A stretch of 64,000 nt of DNA from Stellaceae bacterium (GTDB taxonomy: Bacteria; Pseudomonadota; Alphaproteobacteria; ATCC43930; CGMCC-115725), in assembly GCA_035277525.1 (NCBI GenBank), contig DATEKH010000147.1, positions 12,795 through 76,794 of the forward strand, written 5' to 3'. How positions within the stretch are numbered: the stretch's first letter is position 1; every line of letters starts with the position of its first letter. Below the pieces are notes generated by a model, which saw only the letters and a program-made list of their open reading frames with translations, had not been told where the DNA came from and searched no databases. Below, in pieces: positions 11,157-20,197 of this stretch. The translations under genes and the position numbers were made by a program.

Positions 11157-11637
11157 TGCCGTGGCGGCGTCCGGTGAGCAAGCGTATCGCGACCAGGATC
11201 GCCATCAGGCTGTAGCCGATCGGCACCATCGCCTGCGGGATGACCATCGGGAAGTTCGCCGCCGCGCTGCGCTCATCGAACGCCGCGAGCTGGCTAATGA
11301 CGGGATAGGAGAACGCCGCGACGAGTGCCGCCGTGGCGATCAGCACCAGGTCGGACAGGAGCGCGAGCAGCCCGCCGATCCTCGGCGGCAGGATCCGCAA
11401 GAACACATCCATGCGGATGTGACGGTTCTCCCACGCGACCGCGCAGCAGCCGGTGAAGACCGCTCCGACCATGAGGAAGAGGATGATCTCGATCGCCCAG
11501 GTGAAGGACTGGCTGAAGGCGTAGCGTCCGACGATATTGGCGAAATTGATCGCGACGCTGCTGATGAGAAAAATCGCCGATAAGGAGCGGGTGACGGCGA
11601 GCAGCCCATGCACGCCCTTATGAATGGCCTCGATCAT
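11128..11637 (-). CDS. dctQ: TRAP transporter small permease (DctQ family)
   Basis: 169 aa with four predicted TM helices, lying between dctP and dctM. Confidence 0.8.
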   Translation of the reverse strand: MIEAIHKGVHGLLAVTRSLSAIFLISSVAINFANIVGRYAFSQSFTWAIEIILFLMVGAVFTGCCAVAWENRHIRMDVFLRILPPRIGGLLALLSDLVLIATAALVAAFSYPVISQLAAFDERSAAANFPMVIPQAMVPIGYSLMAILVAIRLLTGRRHGNGGAPRTHS

Positions 11638-11721
11638 CGGGTCGTCCGTTTCGCCGCCCTGGCGCGCCGCGCGAACGCCACACGACGCGCACTCACGGGG
11701 TCCGCCAACGCGCCGGCAGCG

Positions 11722-12786
11722 CTACTTTGCGGACGCGCTCAGAGTCTTCGCGGCCTGGGTAACGGTTTTATAGGCGGCATCGAGCTGCGGGTTCTTGCTC
11801 GCGACCTCGGTGCCGACATCGCCGAGGGTCTTCATCAGCTTGGCGCGCTCCTCGGCGGATAGCGGGAACAGGGTTCCGCCCACCGATTTCCACTGCTGCA
11901 GCGCCTCGGCGACCATCTTTACCGCGATCGGATTGATGTCGTGGTCCGCCTTGGTCGCCGCGCTCTCGACCAGGTCCTGCAGAGTCTTCGGCAGACTGTC
12001 GAACCACTTCTTGTTCACCTCCGTAATGAGGAAGATCGCCGGCTGGTGAATCTCGGTGACAAACTTCGCCGCGTCGACCATATGGAAAGAGACGATCGGA
12101 CCGATGCCGGTGACGGCGCTGTCGATCGTTCCTTCTTGCAGCCCGGGCACCACATCGCCAAGCGTCAACGCCACCGGAGTCATGCCGAGCCGCTGGAAAG
12201 CCAGGGTCTGGAAGGGCGAGGCGAAAATGCGGATTTTCTTGCCCTTCAAGTCGTCGAGCGTGCGGATCGGCGTGCGGCTGATCAGGAGGTCCGCCTCCGC
12301 ATAGAACAGCCCGACGCCATGCAGGCCTTTATCGGCGCCGAGGCCGAGCATCAGCTTGCGCACCGAAGGGTCGAGGGCAAGGCGTTGCCCCTGCTCGTCG
12401 GTATTGACGAGGCCGGGCGCAGCCAGCACCTGGAAGCGCGTATCGAGACCGACCATGAATTCCGGCGGGATCAGCTCGCATTGAATCGAGCCGAATTGCG
12501 TCCCCTCGATCTGGCGCGGGATCGAGCCGAGTTGGCTCGCGGGATAGACCTGGGTCTTGATCTGGCCATTCGAGCCTTTCTCGATCGCCGCCGCGAACTC
12601 GTCGATCCAGACATTGGGAATGTCATGGATCGTCGGCACCGAGATCTTCATCGTGTAGGTGGTCTCGGCCGCCTGCACCGCAGCGCTCGGCAAGGTCAGG
12701 ACCAAGGCGAGCACGCCCGCGGCAACGGGTGCCAGGGCGCGCTTGACGAACGGACTCATCGAATTGAAGACCGGTGCGGACCGCAT
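11722..12786 (-). CDS. dctP: TRAP transporter substrate-binding protein (DctP family)
   Basis: 354 aa with a signal peptide (..LTLPSAAVQA). DctP-family features, and first gene of the dctPQM order. Confidence 0.85.
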   Translation of the reverse strand: MRSAPVFNSMSPFVKRALAPVAAGVLALVLTLPSAAVQAAETTYTMKISVPTIHDIPNVWIDEFAAAIEKGSNGQIKTQVYPASQLGSIPRQIEGTQFGSIQCELIPPEFMVGLDTRFQVLAAPGLVNTDEQGQRLALDPSVRKLMLGLGADKGLHGVGLFYAEADLLISRTPIRTLDDLKGKKIRIFASPFQTLAFQRLGMTPVALTLGDVVPGLQEGTIDSAVTGIGPIVSFHMVDAAKFVTEIHQPAIFLITEVNKKWFDSLPKTLQDLVESAATKADHDINPIAVKMVAEALQQWKSVGGTLFPLSAEERAKLMKTLGDVGTEVASKNPQLDAAYKTVTQAAKTLSASAK

Positions 12787-13045
12787 TTCCCTCCCCCTGT
12801 TTATTCTAAACTCCCCAGGTCTCGCCGCTCGGCGCCCGGGTGAGCCGCGCCCGCTCTTGCGGCGGACGCCATCGTGATTGCATTTCGAGCGGTGAGCTTA
12901 CAATTCCGGTCCGATGAAATCAATTCAAAGCCAATCCCGATTGTCATTGCTGTTCGTGCCTCGCTCGCGCGAATTTCACGCAAACGTTACTCTTTCCCAT
13001 CGTAGCCCTGAATATCATCGCTCGGGTTGGAGTGGTGAGGAGCAC

Positions 13046-13546
13046 ATGAAGAATTATCTCAGGGCGGGAATGGCAGTAGCGGTTTTGGCCGTCTGGGCCG
13101 CGGCAAGTGCGGTGTCCGTGACCGCCCAGGAGAACAAGGAAGCGGTCATCAAGGCGCGCCAGGATTTCATGGAAAGCCAGCAGCACGCCGTCGACGCCAT
13201 CAGCAATTTCGCCAAAGGCAAGGGCACGCGCGAGGCGGCGGTCGAAGGCGTCAACAAGCTGCTCGATCTCTCGACGCAACTGGGACCGAAGCTCGCGGCT
13301 CTCTTTCCGCCCGGCACCAGCAACGCCGACTTCCCCGGCAAGACGCGCGCCAAGCCCGAGTTATGGCAGCATCTCGACGAAGCCAAGGCCGCGCCGGCCA
13401 AGCTTCACGAGGCGGAACTGCAGCTCGTTCCGATCGTCAAGACGGCGGATCCGGAGACCGTCGGCAAGAGTTTGAGCGGATTGTATCGCCAAAGCTGCAA
13501 CGGGCTCTGCCACAACGCCTTCCGCGCGCCCGAAGAAAAGAAATGA
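13046..13546 (+). CDS. Class II cytochrome c (cytochrome c'/c-556-like four-helix bundle), periplasmic
   Basis: GGAG RBS. Signal peptide MKNYLRAGMAVAVLAVWAAASAVSVTAQ. c'-typical IKARQDFM, LFPPGTSNADFPGKTRAKPELW and a C-terminal haem site, here CNGLCH. Confidence 0.8.
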   Translation: MKNYLRAGMAVAVLAVWAAASAVSVTAQENKEAVIKARQDFMESQQHAVDAISNFAKGKGTREAAVEGVNKLLDLSTQLGPKLAALFPPGTSNADFPGKTRAKPELWQHLDEAKAAPAKLHEAELQLVPIVKTADPETVGKSLSGLYRQSCNGLCHNAFRAPEEKK

Positions 13547-13578
13547 GCGCGCGGCCGGGGTCCGTCGGCCGCCGCCCG

Positions 13579-13992
13579 TCACATCGCCTTCTTGATCAGT
13601 CCCTGCGCGGCGCTCGCGTCTTTTTGCGCGGCCGCCATGTCGGTCTGCTTCAATCCGTTATTGACTTGCGTTAAGGCGTCGCGCAGCGCGGCGAGCTTGC
13701 CCGGGTCTTTGGTGTCGGGAATGGCGCCGTTGCCCTGATCCTTGCACGGATTGGCTTCCTTCGTATCAAAGCCGGCGCCCGCGGGACCAACCAGACAATT
13801 GACGGTATGATGCAGATGCATCTGAACGTCCTTCATGTCCTTGGCGGCCGCGGCGAGGCCGGCATGGGTCGCGGCCGTCGTCACCTCCTTGGCCGCGTCC
13901 TCGGCCGCGCGCGCGGAAAAGACGGCGAGCGAGGCCGCCGTCAAACCCATGATAAAGACGCCCGGCAAGCTCACAGGATTGCGCTGAGCCAT
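13579..13992 (-). CDS. Small secreted hypothetical protein (137 aa; HLHH and two Cys)
   Basis: GGAGGA RBS. Signal peptide ..LAVFSARA/AED. The mature ~108 aa is Ala/Lys/Asp-rich with MHLHHTVNC....NPC. High GC3. No family recognised. Confidence 0.55.
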   Translation of the reverse strand: MAQRNPVSLPGVFIMGLTAASLAVFSARAAEDAAKEVTTAATHAGLAAAAKDMKDVQMHLHHTVNCLVGPAGAGFDTKEANPCKDQGNGAIPDTKDPGKLAALRDALTQVNNGLKQTDMAAAQKDASAAQGLIKKAM

Positions 13993-14098
13993 TGCGATTC
14001 CTCCATCGCCAATTGTGTTGCCCAAGCTTGCGACATTTCCAACGCGACCGGAATTCACGTTTGCGCGCCCACGCTGGCGATCCGTCGAGGGTTCGGGT

Positions 14099-14998
14099 AT
14101 GAAATTTGGCATGCTGGCAAGCCAAATCGCAAAGCACCTTGTTGTCTTGTCGGTTTGGCTGCTTTTGGGCTCGGTGGCGTCGGCGTCGGCGGCCGACGAG
14201 GCGGCCATCGCGCGCGGCGCCTATCTCGCCGCCGCCGCCGATTGCGATGCTTGTCACACGGACAAAAAGGCCGGCACGCCGCCGCTTTCGGGCGGCCGGG
14301 CGATCGTGACGCCTTACGGAACGTTTTACGGCCCCAATATCACGCCCGATCCGGTGACCGGAATCGGCAAATGGACCGAGACCGATTTCTATCGCGCGAT
14401 GCACGAGGGAAAGGATTTAGAGGGCAACTATCTCTATCCGGTCTTTCCCTACACCGCCTTCACCAAGATGACCGCTGGCGACGTCGCCGACCTCTATGCG
14501 TTTCTCATGAGCCGGCAGCCGGTGGACCGCGTGTCGCGCCCGCATGAGGTGAAGCTTCTATTGCGCTGGCGCTACATCCTGATCGGCTGGCGCAAGCTCT
14601 TCTTCACCCCGGGTGCGCTGACGGCCGATCCAAAGCAGAGCGCCGAATGGAATCGCGGCCGCTATCTCGCCGAGGCGGTGGTGCACTGCCAGGAGTGCCA
14701 CACGCCGCGCAACTTCCTCGGCGGCCTCGAGCGCGACCACGCCTATGCCGGCAATCCGCATGGTCCCGATGGCAACGAGGCGCCGGACATCACGGCCGAT
14801 CCGAGGGACGGGATCGGCAAATGGCAGCTCGATGATGTCATCGAGGTGCTGAAATCGGGCATGACGCCGGATGGCGACTATGTCGGGCAGGGCATGTCGG
14901 ACGTGGTCGAAGGCACCTCGCAGCTCACCGACGCCGATCGCCACGCGATCGCGGTCTATATCAAGTCTCTGGCCCCGTTGCCGCAAACCGCGAAATAG
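14099..14998 (+). CDS. Dihaem cytochrome c (resembles cytochrome subunits of membrane-bound alcohol/aldehyde/gluconate dehydrogenases)
   Basis: Signal peptide, and two CXXCH sites (CDACH, CQECH), each followed by family-typical YGPNITPD / GIGKW segments. Confidence 0.8.
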   Translation: MKFGMLASQIAKHLVVLSVWLLLGSVASASAADEAAIARGAYLAAAADCDACHTDKKAGTPPLSGGRAIVTPYGTFYGPNITPDPVTGIGKWTETDFYRAMHEGKDLEGNYLYPVFPYTAFTKMTAGDVADLYAFLMSRQPVDRVSRPHEVKLLLRWRYILIGWRKLFFTPGALTADPKQSAEWNRGRYLAEAVVHCQECHTPRNFLGGLERDHAYAGNPHGPDGNEAPDITADPRDGIGKWQLDDVIEVLKSGMTPDGDYVGQGMSDVVEGTSQLTDADRHAIAVYIKSLAPLPQTAK

Positions 14999-15057
14999 CC
15001 GAGGCGCGACGCTCGTCACGGCAAAAGCTTTAGGGCGCTTTCCCGCCTTCTGATATT

Positions 15058-16071
15058 TTGGCGCGGTCTCTCATGCCGCCTAAGAGCACCCTGCGCATGG
15101 CCCCCGTCATCTTGACCGAAAAACTGTCGAAGACCTTCGCGCGCGGCCGGAAGGACGCCGTCGAGGCCGTGCGCGCAATCGATCTTGAAGTTGACAGCAG
15201 CGAGATTTTCGGCCTGCTCGGCCCCAACGGCGCGGGCAAGAGCACGACGATGCGCATGCTCTGCACGCTCTTGCTGCCGAGCTCGGGCCGCGCGACCGTG
15301 ACCGGCTTCGACCTCGCGACCGAGGCCCATGAAATCCGCCGCCGCATCGGCTATGTCGGGCAAAAGGGCGGGCTCGAACAGGTCGCGACGGGGCGGGAAA
15401 ATCTGATGCTCCATGCCCAGCTCTATCGCATGAGCCGGAGCGAGGCCGCGCGCCGGATCGACGCGCTTGTCGATCGCCTCAAGCTCGCCGCCTTCATCGA
15501 CCGCAAGGCCGAGACCTATTCCGGCGGCCAGCGCCGGATCCTCGATCTCGCCTCCGGCGTCATCAACGCGCCCGAATTGCTGTTTCTCGACGAGCCGACG
15601 ACCGGTCTCGATCCACAAAGCCGCGTGCGGGTCTGGGAAGAAGTCAGGACCGTGCACGAGCAGGGCACGACCATTTTCTTGACGACGCATTATCTCGAAG
15701 AGGCCGACGCGTTGTGCGATCGCGTCGCGATCGTCGATCTCGGCCGGATCGTCGCCCTGGGCACGCCGGCCGAGCTCAAGAAGGAGATCGCCGGCGATAT
15801 CGTCACGCTCGGCTATGACGACGAGCGGCAAGCGCAGGCGGCCGCGCAGCTGCTCGACGGCAACCCCGTCGTGCTCGAACGCCACCAATCGGGCGCGATG
15901 CTGCAGGTCTATGTCGACCATGGCGACGAGGCTTTGCCGGCGCTGCTGCGGATCGTCGGTCAGGGCCATCATCCGGCGAAATCGGTGCATCTTTCGCGGC
16001 CGTCGCTCGACGACGTGTTCTTGAAGCTCACCGGCCGCAGCCTGCGCGACTCCGACGCGGTGCCAGGCTGA
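15058..16071 (+). CDS. ABC transporter ATP-binding protein (DrrA/ABC-2 exporter type)
   Basis: Walker A GPNGAGKST, signature YSGGQRR, Walker B LLFLDEPTTGLD. The start could instead be the ATG at 15097. Confidence 0.88.
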   Translation: MARSLMPPKSTLRMAPVILTEKLSKTFARGRKDAVEAVRAIDLEVDSSEIFGLLGPNGAGKSTTMRMLCTLLLPSSGRATVTGFDLATEAHEIRRRIGYVGQKGGLEQVATGRENLMLHAQLYRMSRSEAARRIDALVDRLKLAAFIDRKAETYSGGQRRILDLASGVINAPELLFLDEPTTGLDPQSRVRVWEEVRTVHEQGTTIFLTTHYLEEADALCDRVAIVDLGRIVALGTPAELKKEIAGDIVTLGYDDERQAQAAAQLLDGNPVVLERHQSGAMLQVYVDHGDEALPALLRIVGQGHHPAKSVHLSRPSLDDVFLKLTGRSLRDSDAVPG

Positions 16072-16081
16072 GGAGCGTTTG

Positions 16082-16834
16082 ATGCGCGACACCTATCTCA
16101 TCGCCATGAACGAGCTGCGTGTCACCATGCGCAATCCGTTCTGGAGCGTCAGCGGCCTGTTTCAGCCGATCATCTATCTTCTGCTGTTCGGGCCGCTCCT
16201 CAACGGCGTCGCGAGCTCGCGCGGCTTTCCCGGCGGCAACGCGATCCAGTTCTTCGCGCCGGGCTTGCTCGTCATGAATGCGCTCTTCGGCGCCGGGTTC
16301 GAAGGCTTCACGCTGCGCGACAAGCTCGATTCGGGCTTTCTCGAAAGGCTGCGCGTGACCCCGATCAGCCGGCTGGCGCTGGCCCTGGGCTTCATCCTGC
16401 AATCCTCGGTCAATCTCGTGATCCAGAGCGTCGCGCTCATCGCCTGCTCGTTCTTCTTTGGCCTGCAGCTGCACATTCTCGGCGCGGCGGCGCTTATCCT
16501 GCTGATCGTGCTGATCGGCATCGGCATGGCGTCGGTGTCCTACCGCTTGGCGCTCGTCATCCGCGAGGGCGGAATTCTCGCCGGCCTCATCAACACCTTC
16601 GTGCTGCCGGCCATGATCCTGTCCGGGATCATGCTGCCCGTGAGCTTCGGTCCGCGGGCCATCCAGATCGCAGCGCGATTCGATCCGTTCTTCTACGCGG
16701 TCAACGCGTCGCGCGCGCTGATCGACGGCGGCTTCGCCGATGCGTCGGTGCCCGCGGCCTTTGCGCTGTTCGCTGCGCTGGCGGTCGTCACCCTGGCAAT
16801 CTTCATCCACGGCATGCGCGAGGCGGTTGCATAG
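16082..16834 (+). CDS. ABC-2 type transporter permease
   Basis: About 250 aa with six TM segments. AGGAG RBS 6 nt upstream of the ATG. Immediately follows the ATPase gene. Confidence 0.8.
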   Translation: MRDTYLIAMNELRVTMRNPFWSVSGLFQPIIYLLLFGPLLNGVASSRGFPGGNAIQFFAPGLLVMNALFGAGFEGFTLRDKLDSGFLERLRVTPISRLALALGFILQSSVNLVIQSVALIACSFFFGLQLHILGAAALILLIVLIGIGMASVSYRLALVIREGGILAGLINTFVLPAMILSGIMLPVSFGPRAIQIAARFDPFFYAVNASRALIDGGFADASVPAAFALFAALAVVTLAIFIHGMREAVA

Positions 16835-16948
16835 CTGGCATTCTTCGGGATGCGCTGCCCGAGTCTTCTTTGGCATCGACGCTGCCGCGCGAGTTTCATA
16901 TGATGCCGGCCCGCGGGGATGACCAATAATGGTTTCAAGGTGACGAAC

Positions 16949-17176
16949 ATGTTTAAGAGGCATTCGGGCGAGGGCGATGATTTCGGCATTTCTGCCGGCC
17001 AGCGCTTCCGCTCGCGCAGCGTGCGCTCCCTGGTCTGGGAGGTCGACACGGTCTACCGCTCCGCCTGGGAGCCAACGCCACATGTCCGACTCTGTCGCGT
17101 GGGCGCGCCGAGCGACCGCAAGACGGTCGCGCTTCAGACGCTGCAGGACGACCGCTATTTCGAGCCGGCGAATTAA
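16949..17176 (+). CDS. Hypothetical small protein (75 aa)
   Basis: Open frame with strong G/C third-position bias (MFKRHSGEGDDFGISAGQRFRSRSVRSLVWEVDTVY...). No recognisable family. An alternative ATG lies at 16919. Confidence 0.4.
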   Translation: MFKRHSGEGDDFGISAGQRFRSRSVRSLVWEVDTVYRSAWEPTPHVRLCRVGAPSDRKTVALQTLQDDRYFEPAN

Positions 17177-17275
17177 CCAATCGAGCCGCGGCCGGGGTTA
17201 GCGAGTTCTCAATCCGATGGGTTGTAAATTGACGGGTTGGGCGCGTTGTCGCGCGCTCGCGGCGGAGCTCGATTG

Positions 17276-18493
17276 ATGCTCTATCAAGCCTATCAGGCGC
17301 ACAGCGACGCCTTCGCTCCGCTTCGCCTGATCGCGCGGGCAGGGCAAGAATTCTTCAACCATCCCTGGCTCGCCTTTCGCGATCACCCGGCGTTGCGCCA
17401 CCTGGCCGCGACCTGCGAGCTCGTTGCGCGTGCCGGCATCTCGCATCGCCGGCCCGAGTTCGGCATCGCGACGACGCTCGTCGCCGGCGAGCCGGTCGCG
17501 GTGCGCGAAGAGGCGGTCGAGCGCACGCCCTTCTGCACGCTTTTGCATTTCCGCAAGGAGAAGCCGGTCGTAGAGTCAAGCGTTTTGCTGGTGGCGCCGC
17601 TCTCCGGCCATTTCGCCACCCTGCTGCGCGGCACGGTCGAGACCATGCTGCCCGATCACGACGTTTACGTGACCGACTGGATCAACGCTCGCAACGTGCC
17701 GCTGCGCGACGGGCGCTTCGATCTCGACGACCATATCGACCTGATGATGAGCTTCATGCGCCGCCTGGGGCCCGATCTCCACGTCATCGCCGTGTGCCAG
17801 CCCGCGGTGCCGGTGCTGGCGGCGGTATCGCTCATGGCGCAGGCCGATGAGCGCGCGCAGCCGAAGAGCCTGGTTTTGATGGGTGGCCCGATCAATACCG
17901 CCGCCAATCCGACGCAGGTGAGCCGCTTCGCCGAGGCGCATAGCCTGCAATGGCTCGAGCAGCACGTCATCGACACGGTGCCGATGCGCCATCCCGGCGC
18001 CTTCCGCCGCGTCTATCCCGGCTTCCTGCAGCTCGCTGGCTTCCTCAGCATGAATCTCGACCGCCATGTCAATGCGCATGTCGAGCTTTTCCGGCATCTC
18101 GTCGAGGGCGATGGCGAGAGCGCCGCGACCACGCGCAAATTCTATGACGAATATGCCTCGGTCATGGATCTTCCGGCCGATTTCTATCTCCAGACCATCG
18201 ACCGCGTGTTCCATCGCCGCGATCTGGCGCATGGCTCGTTCCTGTCGCGCGACCGGCTGGTCGAGCCGGCCGCAATCGAGCGCACGGCGGTCTTCATGGT
18301 CGAGGGCGAGAACGACGATATTTGCGGCGTCGGCCAGACCACGGCGGCAAAGGCGCTTCTGACCGGCCTCCCCGAAGCCAAGAAGCCGCAATATATGCAG
18401 CCGGGCGTCGGCCATTACGGCGTCTTCAACGGCAGCCGCTGGCGCAACGCCATCTATCCCAAGATCCGCGACTTCATCCGCGCGAACGCCTGA
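17276..18493 (+). CDS. phaZ: Intracellular polyhydroxyalkanoate (PHB) depolymerase PhaZ
   Basis: MLYQAYQAHSDAFAPLR... is the typical N-terminus of the intracellular PhaZ family, and length and sequence match throughout. Confidence 0.88.
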   Translation: MLYQAYQAHSDAFAPLRLIARAGQEFFNHPWLAFRDHPALRHLAATCELVARAGISHRRPEFGIATTLVAGEPVAVREEAVERTPFCTLLHFRKEKPVVESSVLLVAPLSGHFATLLRGTVETMLPDHDVYVTDWINARNVPLRDGRFDLDDHIDLMMSFMRRLGPDLHVIAVCQPAVPVLAAVSLMAQADERAQPKSLVLMGGPINTAANPTQVSRFAEAHSLQWLEQHVIDTVPMRHPGAFRRVYPGFLQLAGFLSMNLDRHVNAHVELFRHLVEGDGESAATTRKFYDEYASVMDLPADFYLQTIDRVFHRRDLAHGSFLSRDRLVEPAAIERTAVFMVEGENDDICGVGQTTAAKALLTGLPEAKKPQYMQPGVGHYGVFNGSRWRNAIYPKIRDFIRANA

Positions 18494-18592
18494 CGCCCCC
18501 ACAGCCATCGCGGCAGTTCCCCTGCAGGCGAAAACGCTCTAACACTTCGCCGTAACGGCCAAGCTTCCCGGAGGGAAGCGAAGGAGGGCGGC

Positions 18593-19528
18593 ATGGCGAA
18601 ATCGGGCAAGGTCATCATCACTTGCGCGGTGACGGGGTCCATCCACACCCCCACCATGAGTCCCTATTTGCCGGTGACGCCCGACGAGGTCGCCGAACAG
18701 GCAATTGGCGCGGCGGAGGCTGGCGCCGCGATCCTCCATCTCCACGCGCGCGACCCGAAGAACGGGCGGCCGACGCCCGATCCCGCGGTCTTCATGCAGT
18801 TCCTGCCGCGCATCAAGCAGGCAAGCAAGGCCGTCATCAACATCACCACCGGCGGCGGTCACAAGATGACGCTCGAGGAGCGCTTGGCCGCGCCTTTGAA
18901 GGCATCGCCCGAGATGTGCTCGCTCAATATGGGCTCGATGAATTTCGGCCTCTATCCGATGCTCGGCCGCTACAAGGACTTCAAGCACGATTGGGAGAGG
19001 CCCTATCTCGAAGGGACAAGGGACCTCATTTTCCGTAATACTTTTGCTGACATAGAGAGAATTTTGAAAGATTTAGGCGAGGTTCACGGAACGCGCTTCG
19101 AGTTCGAGTGTTACGACGTCGGTCATCTCTATAACCTTGCTCACTTTTTGGATCGGAAGCTGATTCGGCCGCCGCTGCTGGTTCAGACCATCTTCGGCAT
19201 CTTGGGCGGTATTGGTGCGGACCCGGAGAATCTTGCTCATATGAAGCGCATTGCCGACAAGCTCTTCGGCGATTCCTATCACTGGTCGATTCTGGCCGCC
19301 GGACGCCATCAGATGCCGCTCATCACCATGGGCGCGATTATGGGCGGAAGCGTGCGCGTCGGGCTCGAGGATTCGCTCTATCTCGGCAAGGGCCAGATGG
19401 CGAAGACCAATGCCGAGCAAGTGACGCGCATCCGCACGATTCTGGAAAATCTGTCGCTCGAGATCGCGAGCGCGGACGAGGCGCGGCAAATGCTCCAGCT
19501 CAAGGGCGGCGATGCGGTCAAGTTCTAG
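18593..19528 (+). CDS. BKACE-family enzyme (3-keto-5-aminohexanoate cleavage enzyme-like, DUF849)
   Basis: VIITCAVTGSIHTP....DE.A..A..A.EAGAAILHLHARDP signature of the BKACE TIM-barrel family. 311 aa. Confidence 0.88.
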   Translation: MAKSGKVIITCAVTGSIHTPTMSPYLPVTPDEVAEQAIGAAEAGAAILHLHARDPKNGRPTPDPAVFMQFLPRIKQASKAVINITTGGGHKMTLEERLAAPLKASPEMCSLNMGSMNFGLYPMLGRYKDFKHDWERPYLEGTRDLIFRNTFADIERILKDLGEVHGTRFEFECYDVGHLYNLAHFLDRKLIRPPLLVQTIFGILGGIGADPENLAHMKRIADKLFGDSYHWSILAAGRHQMPLITMGAIMGGSVRVGLEDSLYLGKGQMAKTNAEQVTRIRTILENLSLEIASADEARQMLQLKGGDAVKF

Positions 19529-19537
19529 GTCGCCCTC

Positions 19538-20197
19538 ATGATCGACAAGCGCGTCGAGAATTTCGCGGCGGCGCTCCAAGGCCTCAAGGACGGCGATACC
19601 GTGTTCTGCGGCGGCTTCGGCGCGGTGGGCGAGCCCTTCGCGCTGATCGAGGCGGTGATCGAGCACGGCGCGCGCGAGCTCACCATTGTCTGCAACAATG
19701 CCGGCAGCGGCCTGGTCGGCACCGCGGCGCTGTTGAATGCGGGACGGGCGCGAAAGGTCATCTGCTCCTATCCGCGCTCGAGCGATCCGCAGGTGATCGA
19801 CCAGCTCTATGCCGAGCGGAAAATCGAGATCGAGCTCGTGCCGCAAGGCACGCTCTCCGAGCGCATGCGCGCGGCGGGCGCCGGGATCGGCGGCTTCTAC
19901 ACCCGCGTCGGCGCCGAAACCAAGCTCGCGGAGGGCAAGGAGACTCGCATGATCGACCGGGCGCTGTTTGTCTTCGAGCGGCCGCTGCCCGGGGATTTCG
20001 CGCTCATCAAGGCGCATCGCGCCGATCGCTGGGGCAATCTCACCTATCGCAAGGCGGGGCGAAACCTCAACCCGGTGATGGCGATGGCGGCGAAGGTGAC
20101 GGTCGCGCAAGTGGACGAAATCGCCGAGCTGGGCGCGCTCGATCCCGAGGCGATCGTCACGCCCGGCATTTTCGTCGATCGGGTGGTCACCGCATGA
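19538..20197 (+). CDS. scoA: 3-oxoacid CoA-transferase subunit A
   Basis: 219 aa. GDTV..GGFG..G.P..LI and ..NAG motifs typical of the ScoA/AtoD family. Confidence 0.9.
   Translation: MIDKRVENFAAALQGLKDGDTVFCGGFGAVGEPFALIEAVIEHGARELTIVCNNAGSGLVGTAALLNAGRARKVICSYPRSSDPQVIDQLYAERKIEIELVPQGTLSERMRAAGAGIGGFYTRVGAETKLAEGKETRMIDRALFVFERPLPGDFALIKAHRADRWGNLTYRKAGRNLNPVMAMAAKVTVAQVDEIAELGALDPEAIVTPGIFVDRVVTA

Noticed and set aside
12787-13045. FNR/FixK/NnrR-type boxes upstream of the cytochrome c' gene, for example ttgaattgatttca on the reverse strand around 12914-12927.
   Set aside because: The best candidates match only one half-site of TTGA-N6-TCAA or TTGCG-N4-CGCAA. This is not convincing without matrix scoring.
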